From: Nibricoccus sp.
GTDB taxonomy: Bacteria > Verrucomicrobiota > Verrucomicrobiia > Opitutales > Opitutaceae
DNA length: 64,000 nt
Assembly (NCBI GenBank): GCA_047602425.1
Contig: JASGHG010000001.1
Location: 3,168,001 to 3,232,000, forward strand
Direction of reading: 5' to 3'
The notes below the pieces were generated by a model. It searched no databases and had not been told where the DNA came from. It saw only the letters and a program-made list of their open reading frames with translations. Below, piece by piece: positions 18,800 through 27,900 of this stretch (its first letter is position 1; each line of letters starts with the position of its first letter). Position numbers and translations under genes: made by a program.

Positions 18800-20131
18800 C
18801 TAAACCGGCAATTTCAAGGTGGCGATGCAGCCCGGTTCTGGCGCGCGGTTTTCCAACACGAGAGTACCGCCGTGATTTTCGGCAATTTGGCGGCTCAGCA
18901 CGAGGCCGATGCCTGTGCCTTCAGCCTTGGTGGTGAAAAAGGGAACGAAAAGATTGGCCGGATTGGCGATGCCGGGGCCGTCGTCTTCGACCATGATTTC
19001 GACGGTGCGCCCGGTGTGTATCCATTTTAGTCTTACGTTTGCTTCAGTGTGGCCGGCCGCACGTTGTTCGAGTGCGGCTTCGGTGGCGTTTTTCAAAAGG
19101 TTGATCAGGGTCTGTTCGATTTGTGCGGCATCGCACGAAATCGTAATATCGGGACCTCCGAGTATTTTTGCCGGCTGGCGGAGTTCGATCGCGCTCACGC
19201 GGTCGACGAGGAGCTTTACGGAGCAAGGAGCGCGCACCGGCTGTGGCAGACGCGCGAGCCGGGCGTAAGCCTGCATGAAACGAGTGAGGCTCTCGGCGCG
19301 CGATGAGATGATGTCGAGGCCGCCCAGCATGTCGGCTTCCCAATCGGAAGCGCGTCTCGGGCTTTTGAAAATCTGTGCGAGACTGCCGGCGATGGATTTG
19401 ATGGGCGTGAGCGAATTATTGAGTTCGTGTCCGATCACGCGCACGAGCCGCTGCCATGCCTGGAGCTCCTCGGCGCGCAGAGCCTGGCTCAGATCGGCGA
19501 TGACAACCAGTTCGTGGGGAAGGCCCTTTTCGCGAAACGAAGTCCGTCGCAGACCCCAGCGTCCGGTTCCACCCGGGAAAGTTGTGTCACCAAGCAAACG
19601 GTTCGGTTCGCCCCTCAGGCATTCGGCCAGACCGAGTTCGGCGGCGGGCCGGTGCAGCAGCTTTTCGGCGGGTGCGGCCAGAAGTTTTTCGCCGGCGCGA
19701 TTGGTGAGTTTGAGCTGGCCGGAGCTGTCGAAGGCGAACACGGCGACCTCGATTGTTTCCATCACGGTATGAAGCAAGGCGGTGGCTTCATGGGCGCTGA
19801 GCCGTTGCTCATGCAGCACGCGGCTCAGCTGGTTTATCTCCATGAACAGCTCGCCGAGCGGATCGTCGTGGCGGGCGGCATGGGCGCGAACCGAAAAATC
19901 GCCTTCGCGCAAGGCGGCGAGAAGATTGGCCGCGGTCTGGAGCGGGCGAATGACGCGGTTGTGAAGCGCCGCCGAAAAACCGAACCAACAACCTAAGATA
20001 AGAAACGTCAGCGTGAGCTGAAGATTGAACGAGTGATCGCCTGTCCAGAGAAGCCACAGACCCAGCGCCGCGGCCGGTGCGCCGGCGAAAATGGCGTAGA
20101 GAAAAATATGGCGATCGTGCGAAAGTCGCAT
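18800..20131 (-). CDS. Sensor histidine kinase (2 TM, HAMP, PAS-like, HisKA, HATPase), 443 aa
   Basis: H-box IGHELNNSLTPI, N-box INLLKNA, DDGPG, FFTTK, GTGIGL. Confidence 0.93.
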   Translation of the reverse strand: MRLSHDRHIFLYAIFAGAPAAALGLWLLWTGDHSFNLQLTLTFLILGCWFGFSAALHNRVIRPLQTAANLLAALREGDFSVRAHAARHDDPLGELFMEINQLSRVLHEQRLSAHEATALLHTVMETIEVAVFAFDSSGQLKLTNRAGEKLLAAPAEKLLHRPAAELGLAECLRGEPNRLLGDTTFPGGTGRWGLRRTSFREKGLPHELVVIADLSQALRAEELQAWQRLVRVIGHELNNSLTPIKSIAGSLAQIFKSPRRASDWEADMLGGLDIISSRAESLTRFMQAYARLARLPQPVRAPCSVKLLVDRVSAIELRQPAKILGGPDITISCDAAQIEQTLINLLKNATEAALEQRAAGHTEANVRLKWIHTGRTVEIMVEDDGPGIANPANLFVPFFTTKAEGTGIGLVLSRQIAENHGGTLVLENRAPEPGCIATLKLPV

Positions 20132-20161
20132 GAAGAGGGTTTTGTTGCCTCTTCGGTATGG

Positions 20162-21529
20162 CTAAAGTCCGTATTTTTCCAGCCTTCTGTAGAAGGCGCT
20201 GCGGCTCAGGCCAAGTTCCTCGGCGGCTTCGCGGGCGTTGCCATTGCAGCGGGCGAGGGTGCGTTTGATGAGATAACCTTCAACTTCCTCCAAACTCATT
20301 TCGTCGAGACTCTGTGAGGTTTGACTGGCATTGAGGCCGAGATCGACCGCGCGGATCGCCTTGTTCGTGGCCATGAGGACGCCGCGCTCGACGGCATGGT
20401 CGAGTTCGCGGACGTTGCCCGGCCAGGGATAGCGGTTGAGCAAATTGAGGGCGTCTTCATCGAACCCGGTGACGGCCTTGCGGTAACGGCCGACGTGTTG
20501 CTTGAGGAAATGTTGGGCGAGAAGCGGTATGTCTTCGCGACGTTCGCGCAACGGCGGCAGGTGGATATGGATGGTGTTGAGGCGGAACAGGAGATCCTGG
20601 CGGAATTTCCCGGCGGCCACCTCGCCTGGCAGATCGGAATTGGTTGCGGAAACAAGGCGGACATTGACCCGATGCGTTTTCGAAGAGCCCACACGTTCGA
20701 ATTCGCCGCGCTCCAGCGTGCGGAGCAATTTGGCCTGCTGGGTGAGCGGAATATTGCCGATCTCGTCTAGGAAAAGAGTCCCTCCATCGGCCAGTTCGAA
20801 GCGTCCGGCGCGGTCGGCCTTGGCATCGGTGAAAGCACCTTTGACGTGGCCGAACAATTCGCTCTCAAACAATCCCTCGGGCAGCCCGCCCATGTTGACG
20901 GAAATCAGCGGCTTGACCGCGCGGGACGAGGTCGCGTGAAGGGCTTGAGCGATAACGCCTTTGCCCGTGCCATTTTCACCGGTGATGAGGATATTGGCGT
21001 CCGATGGACCGACGCGGGCAATGACTTCGAGGACGGGGCGCATGGCGGGCGACTGCGCGATGAGCACGGGCCCGGCGGAACCGCGGAGAAGTTTATTTTC
21101 TTCTTCAAGCCGCCGGTAAGTGCGCATGGCGCTGCCGAGTTCCACCTGAGTGCGCACAGTGGCGATAAGGCGGGGATTGTCCCACGGTTTGGTAATGAAA
21201 TCCTTGGCACCCCGTCGCATGGCTTCGACGGCGAGTTCGACCGTGGCCCACGCGGTCATGACGACAATGGGCAGGCCTGAGTCGAGGGTTTGAATGCGAC
21301 TGAGCAACTCGAACCCTTCCTGTCCGGACGTTGTATCTCGCGCATAGTTTAGGTCCATGATCACCAGCGAGAACTCGCGGGCCTCGATGGCGCGCAGGAC
21401 GGTGGCAGGCGATTTGGCGGTTTCGATTTGATATCCTTCGGCCTTGAGAAGCAGGCGGAGTGCTTCGAGCACGTCGGCTTGGTCGTCGGCAACGAGAATC
21501 CGGTGGGCGGTGGGGTCCGAAAGGGCCAT
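20162..21529 (-). CDS. sigma54-dependent (NtrC-family) response regulator
   Basis: REC domain (VADD, MDL, KP), AAA+ GENGTGK, ESELFGH-GAFTDA, LFLDEI, WPGNVREL, Fis-type HTH; ATG at 21529 preferred over the track's TTG. Confidence 0.93.
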   Translation of the reverse strand: MALSDPTAHRILVADDQADVLEALRLLLKAEGYQIETAKSPATVLRAIEAREFSLVIMDLNYARDTTSGQEGFELLSRIQTLDSGLPIVVMTAWATVELAVEAMRRGAKDFITKPWDNPRLIATVRTQVELGSAMRTYRRLEEENKLLRGSAGPVLIAQSPAMRPVLEVIARVGPSDANILITGENGTGKGVIAQALHATSSRAVKPLISVNMGGLPEGLFESELFGHVKGAFTDAKADRAGRFELADGGTLFLDEIGNIPLTQQAKLLRTLERGEFERVGSSKTHRVNVRLVSATNSDLPGEVAAGKFRQDLLFRLNTIHIHLPPLRERREDIPLLAQHFLKQHVGRYRKAVTGFDEDALNLLNRYPWPGNVRELDHAVERGVLMATNKAIRAVDLGLNASQTSQSLDEMSLEEVEGYLIKRTLARCNGNAREAAEELGLSRSAFYRRLEKYGL

Positions 21530-21598
21530 GGGAAACAAGCGGGCAGGTTAGGTGATATCTCCGGGATCGGGCAAGGGCGGAAGAGTGCGCGCGAATTT

Positions 21599-21880
21599 TT
21601 ATGCGATCATCTTTTCCGCCCGGTGACCGCCGTGGGTATGAGCATGGCGAATGAGCGAAACGCGAATCCAATGACGGCTGGGCCTTGCGGACAGCTTCAG
21701 ACCGAACCGCGCATAACGGGGGGCGTAGTCCGCCGCAGTCAGGAAGAAAAGACCTGCGAGCGTGTAGGCACCGAAGAGAAGGTCGGCGGAAAATTCGCGA
21801 CCGGCGAGAAGCCAAGCGCAAATGGTGGGAGCGGAGAGGCTCAAGGCGAGCATGATGATGAGGCGATTTGAGTTTTTCAT
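21599..21880 (-). CDS. Small hypothetical membrane protein, 93 aa (two hydrophobic helices)
   Basis: MKNSNRLIIMLALSLSAPTICAWLLAG...LLFGAYTLAGLFFLTAADY; starts about 17 nt after the predicted +1 of a sigma54 promoter. Confidence 0.6.
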   Translation of the reverse strand: MKNSNRLIIMLALSLSAPTICAWLLAGREFSADLLFGAYTLAGLFFLTAADYAPRYARFGLKLSARPSRHWIRVSLIRHAHTHGGHRAEKMIA

Positions 21881-21907
21881 GATGTCTTTTGGTTGCGCTT
21901 TATTATT

Positions 21908-21924
21908 CGCAACAAGCATGCCAA
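21908..21924 (-). promoter_or_regulatory. sigma54 -24/-12 promoter upstream of the small protein/regulator/kinase genes
   Basis: Minus strand TTGGCATGCTTGTTGCG = GG-N10-GC, close to consensus. Confidence 0.78.
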
Positions 21925-22000
21925 GTGGTTGTATGAAGTATAAATACCGTAGCACCAAGACATAGCAGATTAACGCAATTGATCTTCGCTGCGCAAAAAC

Positions 22001-22037
22001 ACCGTGCGCGGGAAAATTTATTCCCGAAAATGGGACG
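22001..22037. promoter_or_regulatory. Second copy of the tandem enhancer (ACCG-N5-GGGAA plus ATTCCCGAAAATGGGACG)
   Basis: 15/18 match to 18768-18785; 96 bp from its sigma54 site versus 95 bp for the first copy. Confidence 0.7.
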
Positions 22038-22099
22038 CCCGGCGCAAGAGACGAAGCGGGTGGTATTATATCTGGATTATGGTTAGGCCAATTGCAGTA

Positions 22100-22939
22100 T
22101 CAATGGCGTACGGCCGACCAGAAACGGCATTCGTCGGAGAAGTCAGTTACGGCTTTCGACTCACGGGCGATATCACGGCGCAAGGCGTCGAAAGTGTGAT
22201 GCCAGCCGGTGGCGGCGAGATCGTCGAGAATTTCATTGCGGTCTGGCAGATGCATGAAGGTTCGGCCTGTCTCGTCTTCGAAATAGCGATCGCCGAATTC
22301 GAGGAGGCGCGGATCCTGTTTGCCTTCCGACCAACGAAGTTTTTCGAGTCGCCACAGAGCCTGCTCGGTCGCGCTGGAATCGCGATCGTGGGTGGTAAAA
22401 AGCAGCGGCGCGCCCGGGCGACAGACAGCGTGCAGTTCGCGGAGTGCGGCTCGCCGGTTGTCGCGACCAGGAATCTGCATCACCCCGTTAAACATGAAGA
22501 GAGCGCCGGCAAACGAACCATTGTCATCCATTAGATGACAAGTGCTGCTGGATGGTGGCCGGGGCGAAAAGGCAGTTTTGTCATCTAATAGATGACAAAG
22601 GTTTGGTGCGGATTGGCGGAGGTGGGTGGCGTCGGCGTGGTGGAAACGGATGGCGGTGGCGCCTCGTTCGGCGGCGAGGCTGCGGGCTTGTTCGACGAGT
22701 TCCTCGGCGAAATCGAAGGCGGTGAGATTGTGATAGCCTTCGTGCCAGAGTCCGAGCGTGACACGGCCGGAGCCGCAGCCAGCTTCGAGGAGAGGAGCGG
22801 TTTTGTCGGTGAAGAAACGTTCGATCAAGAGCTGTTCGGATTTCCAGAGGCCGAGGAAGTGTGCGGCGCGCGTATAGTGAACGACGGCAATGGGATCGTT
22901 GAAATCGGCGCGGACGGTTTCTGAAGATATTTTTTTCAC
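22100..22939 (-). CDS. Class I SAM-dependent methyltransferase (GTG start at 22939 inferred)
   Basis: Motif I LLEAGCGSGR, AFDFA, HADAT, CRPGAPLLF; contains an insertion carrying two palindromes. Confidence 0.82.
   Translation of the reverse strand: MKKISSETVRADFNDPIAVVHYTRAAHFLGLWKSEQLLIERFFTDKTAPLLEAGCGSGRVTLGLWHEGYHNLTAFDFAEELVEQARSLAAERGATAIRFHHADATHLRQSAPNLCHLLDDKTAFSPRPPSSSTCHLMDDNGSFAGALFMFNGVMQIPGRDNRRAALRELHAVCRPGAPLLFTTHDRDSSATEQALWRLEKLRWSEGKQDPRLLEFGDRYFEDETGRTFMHLPDRNEILDDLAATGWHHTFDALRRDIARESKAVTDFSDECRFWSAVRH
22521..22599. repeat. Two palindromes 57 bp apart, in frame in the methyltransferase (CHLMDDN, CHLLDDK)
   Basis: TTGTCATCCATTAGATGACAA (22521-22541) and perfect TTTGTCATCTA-A-TAGATGACAAA (22577-22599). 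Confidence 0.85.
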
Positions 22940-23021
22940 GTGAAGGCCGCAAAGAAGGCGAAAAGAGGCAGAGCGGAGGGTTTGGCGGGAACGGAGCGAA
23001 TTGAGAGACGTGGCTGGTGGG

Positions 23022-23059
23022 CAACGCTCAACTTTCAACGTTTAACGCTCAACGCTCAA
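23022..23059. repeat. Heptamer tandem array (CAACGCT-like x5)
   Basis: CAACGCT CAACTTT CAACGTT TAACGCT CAACGCT CAA. Confidence 0.8.
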
Positions 23060-23165
23060 GTGACGGAGTGCGGGCGCCGTCAGTGCCAATTTTGATGGGC
23101 AGAAGTGGAAATGAGCCAATTGGTGTCTGGGATGAGCTCCGTTTGCTCCATTTCCCCTGTGAAAT

Positions 23166-24341
23166 TTAAGTACGCTTTTTCCACGCGGCGATAAACATGC
23201 CGTTGGCATTCAGGGCGTGAGGCCAAAGCGTGACGCTGGTGTCGGTAAAGAGGTCGGTTTCGGCGAGGGAGCAGGCGGGGCTGCTGAATTGGTTTGCCGG
23301 AGCGGTGGGTTTCGGAAAAACGGGCGCCGGCTCCAACTCTGGATGTGCAGTGCCAAAGGCGTTGGCGATGGCGGTTGTTTCGGAGCGGGTGAGCGTGCAA
23401 ACGGCGTAGATCAGGCGGCCATTGGGCTTGAGAGAACTGGCGACATTTTCAAGGAGCTGGCGCTGGATCGCGGCGAGTTCGGAGACGTCGGTTTCGGTGG
23501 TGGTCCAGCGAGCGTGCGGATTGCGCTGCCAGGTGCCGAGGCCGCTGCAGGGGGCGTCGACGAGAATGCCGTCGAATTTGGCCTTGGTGGGTAGTTTGGC
23601 TGAACCATCCCACGAGGCGACGCGAAAATTGAAGAGTTTAGCGCGGGCCGCGCGCTGTTTCAGTGTGTGAAGGCGACGTTCAGAGCGATCACTGGCCCAG
23701 ATGAGGCCTTTGTTTCGCATGAGATCCGCGAGATGGAGCATTTTGCCTCCTTCACCGGAGCAGGCGTCCCACCAAGTTTCTCCGGGCTTGGGAGCGCAGG
23801 CGAGGCCCACCATTTGGGAGGCGAGATCTTGAATTTCGAAAAGACCGTTGTGGAAGGCCGGGGTGAGAAAGAGATCCTGCTGACCGCGATAACGAAGGGC
23901 GTCGGGCGAATGCGGAGTGGTTTCGCAGTCACCCAGGGTCGCGGCGAGTTTTTCGGCGGTATCGGGGCGGGCGCGTAGCCAGAGGGCGGGTTCGGTTTGG
24001 AGCAGGCGAAGGGTTTCGGTAGGGTAGTCGACCTCGTTGCGAGCCCAGGCCGGAACGGCGCGGGCGGCGAGGGCTTCGGCTTTGATGCTGGCGGGATTTT
24101 TTTCGAAGCGTTCCTGCAACTTGAGGGCTTCCTCGATTTTCTTTTGAGCGGAGGCTTTTTCGTCGAGCCACTGAAACCAGCGAAAGTAGGTAAAAACCGC
24201 CCGGCTGATGGCGCGTTTTTCGCGAGGGCCGGGGCGGCGGGCACTGACGAAATATTTGCGGAGCGCGACATCGGCACGCACTTCAGGCGTGATCGTGGCG
24301 AGCACGCGGGCTGCGTGATTGAGCGTGAGAGAATCGATCAT
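23166..24341 (-). CDS. RsmB/NOP (NOL1/NOP2/Sun) RNA m5C methyltransferase, about 391 aa
   Basis: FEIQDLASQ, WDACSGEGGK, ILVDAPCSG, YAVCTL (both catalytic Cys present); ATG at 24341 preferred. Confidence 0.88.
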   Translation of the reverse strand: MIDSLTLNHAARVLATITPEVRADVALRKYFVSARRPGPREKRAISRAVFTYFRWFQWLDEKASAQKKIEEALKLQERFEKNPASIKAEALAARAVPAWARNEVDYPTETLRLLQTEPALWLRARPDTAEKLAATLGDCETTPHSPDALRYRGQQDLFLTPAFHNGLFEIQDLASQMVGLACAPKPGETWWDACSGEGGKMLHLADLMRNKGLIWASDRSERRLHTLKQRAARAKLFNFRVASWDGSAKLPTKAKFDGILVDAPCSGLGTWQRNPHARWTTTETDVSELAAIQRQLLENVASSLKPNGRLIYAVCTLTRSETTAIANAFGTAHPELEPAPVFPKPTAPANQFSSPACSLAETDLFTDTSVTLWPHALNANGMFIAAWKKRT

Positions 24342-24398
24342 GTTCGGGAAGACGGAACGCGACCGGGGCGGGGAATGCGAATAGTTTTTGAGCCGGCG

Positions 24399-24415
24399 CT
24401 GGCACTTCGGCTGCT
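24399..24415 (+). promoter_or_regulatory. sigma54 -24/-12 promoter of cynS
   Basis: CTGGCACTTCGGCTGCT = GG-N10-GC. Confidence 0.65.
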
Positions 24416-24428
24416 GTGCGATGCGCAT

Positions 24429-24872
24429 ATGACGAAATCATCGATGGTTGAGGCAATAGTCGCGGCAAAGTTGGCGAAGAAGGTAACGTGGGCCTCGATT
24501 GCGAAGGCGGCGGGACTTTCTGAGGTATTTGCGACGTCGGCTTGTTTGGGTGAAAACGCTCTGGAGGCGTCGGAGGCGCAGAAGGTCGCGAGTTTCCTTG
24601 GGTTGGGGCCGGACATTGCGGAGGCACTGACACAATTTGCCAACAAGGGCGAAGCGTCGCCGACCATCCCGAAAGAGCCGCTGCAATATCGGTTTCAGGA
24701 AATCATCTATGTTTACGGATCAACGATGAAGGCGTTGATCGAAGAAAAATTTGGCCCCGGTATTATGAGCGCGATCGATTTCACAATGGAGATAGATCGT
24801 GTGCCCGATCCGAAGGGTGATCGCGTCAAGATCACGATGAACGGAAAGTTCCTTGGCTATAAAAAGTGGTGA
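24429..24872 (+). CDS. cynS: Cyanate hydratase (cyanase), 147 aa
   Basis: EPLQYRFQE (catalytic R/E), EKFGPGIMSAIDF, DRVKITMNGKFL; true start is the ATG inside the longer track ORF. Confidence 0.95.
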   Translation: MTKSSMVEAIVAAKLAKKVTWASIAKAAGLSEVFATSACLGENALEASEAQKVASFLGLGPDIAEALTQFANKGEASPTIPKEPLQYRFQEIIYVYGSTMKALIEEKFGPGIMSAIDFTMEIDRVPDPKGDRVKITMNGKFLGYKKW

Positions 24873-24921
24873 CCGCTCAAGCGGATGGCCTTGGTCGGCC
24901 GGCATTTCCTCTTGCAGTGGT

Positions 24922-27900
24922 TTAGCTTCGTTTGGCCCAGCGTTTGTCTTGCTTGAGTTCGAGGCGTTTGGTTTCGAGTTCGACGCCCACGACGGCAGGG
25001 TGATTGCGAAGCTGCTGGAATTTGGCCGGAAGAAGTTTCCACCCGAGGGCACTACTCGCATCGGATACGACGGAGGCGCGTTGCTCGAAGACAAAGGCGA
25101 TGGAAATTTTGGTATCGCCAGTGTTTTTGTTAAGCGTTTCGCGAAGCACCTGGAGAAAATCGTTCAGTTTTTCGTGTTGCGGGTCGAGGAGCCAGGTGAC
25201 GCGGCGAACGCTGCCGCTGACAAAATTTTCCAACGGGTAGCATTCCTTCACGTTGATGCGGGCGCCGTCCTGACCGACGATGATATTGCCCTGTACGAGA
25301 ACCGGGGCGTTTTCGGCGAGGTTCATCGAGTAGGCGGCGTAGGCGTCGGCAAACATATTGAGCGCGACGGAAGCTTTGCGCGTGGCGAGCGTGAAAGCGG
25401 CCCAGGGGCGGTTGTCCTTTTTAGAAAGTTTTTTGGCGATGTTGCCCACGATGCCACAAAGGCGAAATTCGGTACGGTCGGGTTGGTTGAGCAATTGATC
25501 GACCGGAAAAGTATCGATCGCTTCGGCGAGCCCGGCGTAGGCATTGAGCGGGTGGCCGGAGACATAGAACCCGAGGAGTTCCTTTTCGAAGGTTAGGCGT
25601 TCGGTGGAGGTGAAGTCATCCGACGCGGCATCGGGTGACAATTTGAGATTTGAAATTTGGGCTTTGAGATTGCGCGCCTTGGGCGCGGGTTCATCCAGCA
25701 TGTCGAGCATGTTGAACTGACCGGCGGCGCGGTCACGCGCCTGCGAGGCGGCGCCGGCAAGGGCGGCGTCGATGCTGTCGAAAAGTTTTTTGCGCGAGGC
25801 ACCGCTGTAATCGAAAGCTCCCGTCTTCGTGAGGTGTTCGAGCACGCGTTTGTTGATGGCGCGGCCATCGACACGCTTCACGAGATCCTCGAAGCTGGCG
25901 TAGGGGCCGTTTTTCTCGCGTTCCTCGATGATCTTTTGCGCGGCCTGCTCGCCAACGCCCTTGATGCCGGCGAGGCCGAAACGGATCTTATCTCCAACCG
26001 GCGTGAAGTTTTCACGCGACTCGTTGGCGTCGGGCCCGAGCACGGTGAGGCCCATGGCTTCGCACTCGGCGATGAAATGGGCGACTTTTTCGGAGTTGCC
26101 GAGTTCGGCGGTGAGAACGGCGGCCATGAACTGCACCGGGTAGTTGGCTTTCAAATACGCCGTTTGATAGGCGACCATCGCATAGGCGGCGGAGTGCGAT
26201 TTATTGAAGCCGTATTGGGCGAACTTATTCAGCAAATCGAAAATTTCGTTGGCCTTCTTTTCGTCGATATTGTGGTGCTGTTTCGCGCCGGCGACGAATT
26301 TCACACGCTCCTTCGCCATGCCCTCGACATCCTTTTTGCCCATGGCGCGCCGGAGCATGTCGGCGCCGCCGAGCGTGTAACCTGCAATGACGCGGGCGCA
26401 CTCCATAACCTGTTCTTGATAGACAATGATGCCGTAGGTTTCCTTGAGAACGGGTTCCAGCAGCGGGTGCGGATACTCGATGGTCGTTGGATCTTTTTTG
26501 CCGCGCGCGTAGTCGGGGATGAACTGCATCGGACCCGGGCGATAGAGCGCGGAAATGGCGTTGATGTCGTCTATATTGGAGATACCGACGAGTTTTGAGG
26601 CGTTTTGCATGCCGCCGGATTCGAGCTGGAAAACGCCGACGGTCTTGCCGGAGTTGAGCAGCTTGTAGGTGACCGGATCTTCGAGAGAAATTGTTTCTAT
26701 GTCGAAGTTTAGGTTGACGGTGCGGCGAACATTTTCGACGGCGTCGGAGATGACAGTGAGCGTCTTAAGACCAAGGAAGTCCATCTTGAGCAAGCCTAGC
26801 TTGCCCACGGCGTTCATGTCGTACTGGACGGTAACGTCGCCTTCTTGCAGCGTGAGCGGGACAAATTCGTCGAGCGGCTTGTCGGTGATGATGATGCCGG
26901 CGGCGTGCTTGCCGGTGTTGCGGACCATGCCTTCGAGGACGCGGGCCTGGCCGACGATTTTTTTGGCGACGGGATTGCGCTCGATCTCGTTGCGAAGATC
27001 GGCGGACTTGGTGATAGCATCCTCCAGAGAGATGTTGATCTCGTCGGGGATCATTTTGGCGATACGGTCCGCTTCGGCATAAGGCAGGTCGTTGACGCGC
27101 GAGACGTCGCGGATGACCATCTTGGCACCGAGCGTGCCATAGGTGATGATGTTTGAGACGCAGTCCTTGCCGTATTTTTCGCGGACGTAGTTGATGACCT
27201 CCTCGCGGCGGCGCATGCAGAAGTCGATATCGAAATCGGGCGGGGAGACGCGTTCGGGATTCAGGAAGCGCTCGAACAGCAGGCCGAAACGAATCGGATC
27301 GATGTTGGTGATGGCGAGTAGGTAGGCAACGAGACAGCCTGCGCCGGAGCCGCGACCCGGGCCGACGGGAATATTGTGCGCCTTGGCCCAGTTGATGAAA
27401 TCCCACACCACCAGGAAGTAATCGACAAAGCCTGTGACGTTGATGATCGAGAGCTCGTAGCCCATGCGCAGCACGAGCAATTCCTCGGGAGCGAGGCCGG
27501 AATAATCGGGAGCCTTGGGTTTTTCGCCGGGTGGGAGGTTCGTGAATTTGGCGAGGCGCTCGGCGACAATCGGGTGCGTCGCGATGGAAGGCTGGTCGAC
27601 GTTGTAACGTTTTTTCAGGCCTTCGACGCAGAGATCGAAGAGATACGTGGCGCGATCGACCTTGATTTCTGGCGGTAGTGGATATCTCGGGTAGCGCTCG
27701 CTGCCTTTTGGAAACGGAATGGCGAGATCGCACATCTCGGCCACAAGCTGCGTATTGGTCAGCGACTCGGGGATTTCGCCGAAAATCTTGGCCATTTCGT
27801 CGCGCGATTTCAGGAAAAATTCGTTCGTGCTGAAACGCATCCGGTTCTCGTCGGCGATTTTTGCACCGGTCTGGATGCAGAGCATGGCGTCGTGCGGACC

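Noticed and set aside
22521..22599. Two similar palindromes with a 36-bp spacer, superficially a mini-CRISPR
   Set aside because: Only two units, inside an intact CDS, no cas genes, and further copies are dispersed singly
23074..23089. TTGGCACTGACGGCGC on the minus strand, GG-N10-GC upstream of the methyltransferase
   Set aside because: Good -24 element but poor -12 context (no T before GC) and no supporting enhancer; could be chance in GC-rich DNA
23997..24428. N-terminal 144 aa of the 291-aa track ORF containing cynS, and the extended start of the RsmB ORF
   Set aside because: Overlaps the RsmB gene on the other strand; cyanase homology and the promoter point to ATG 24429
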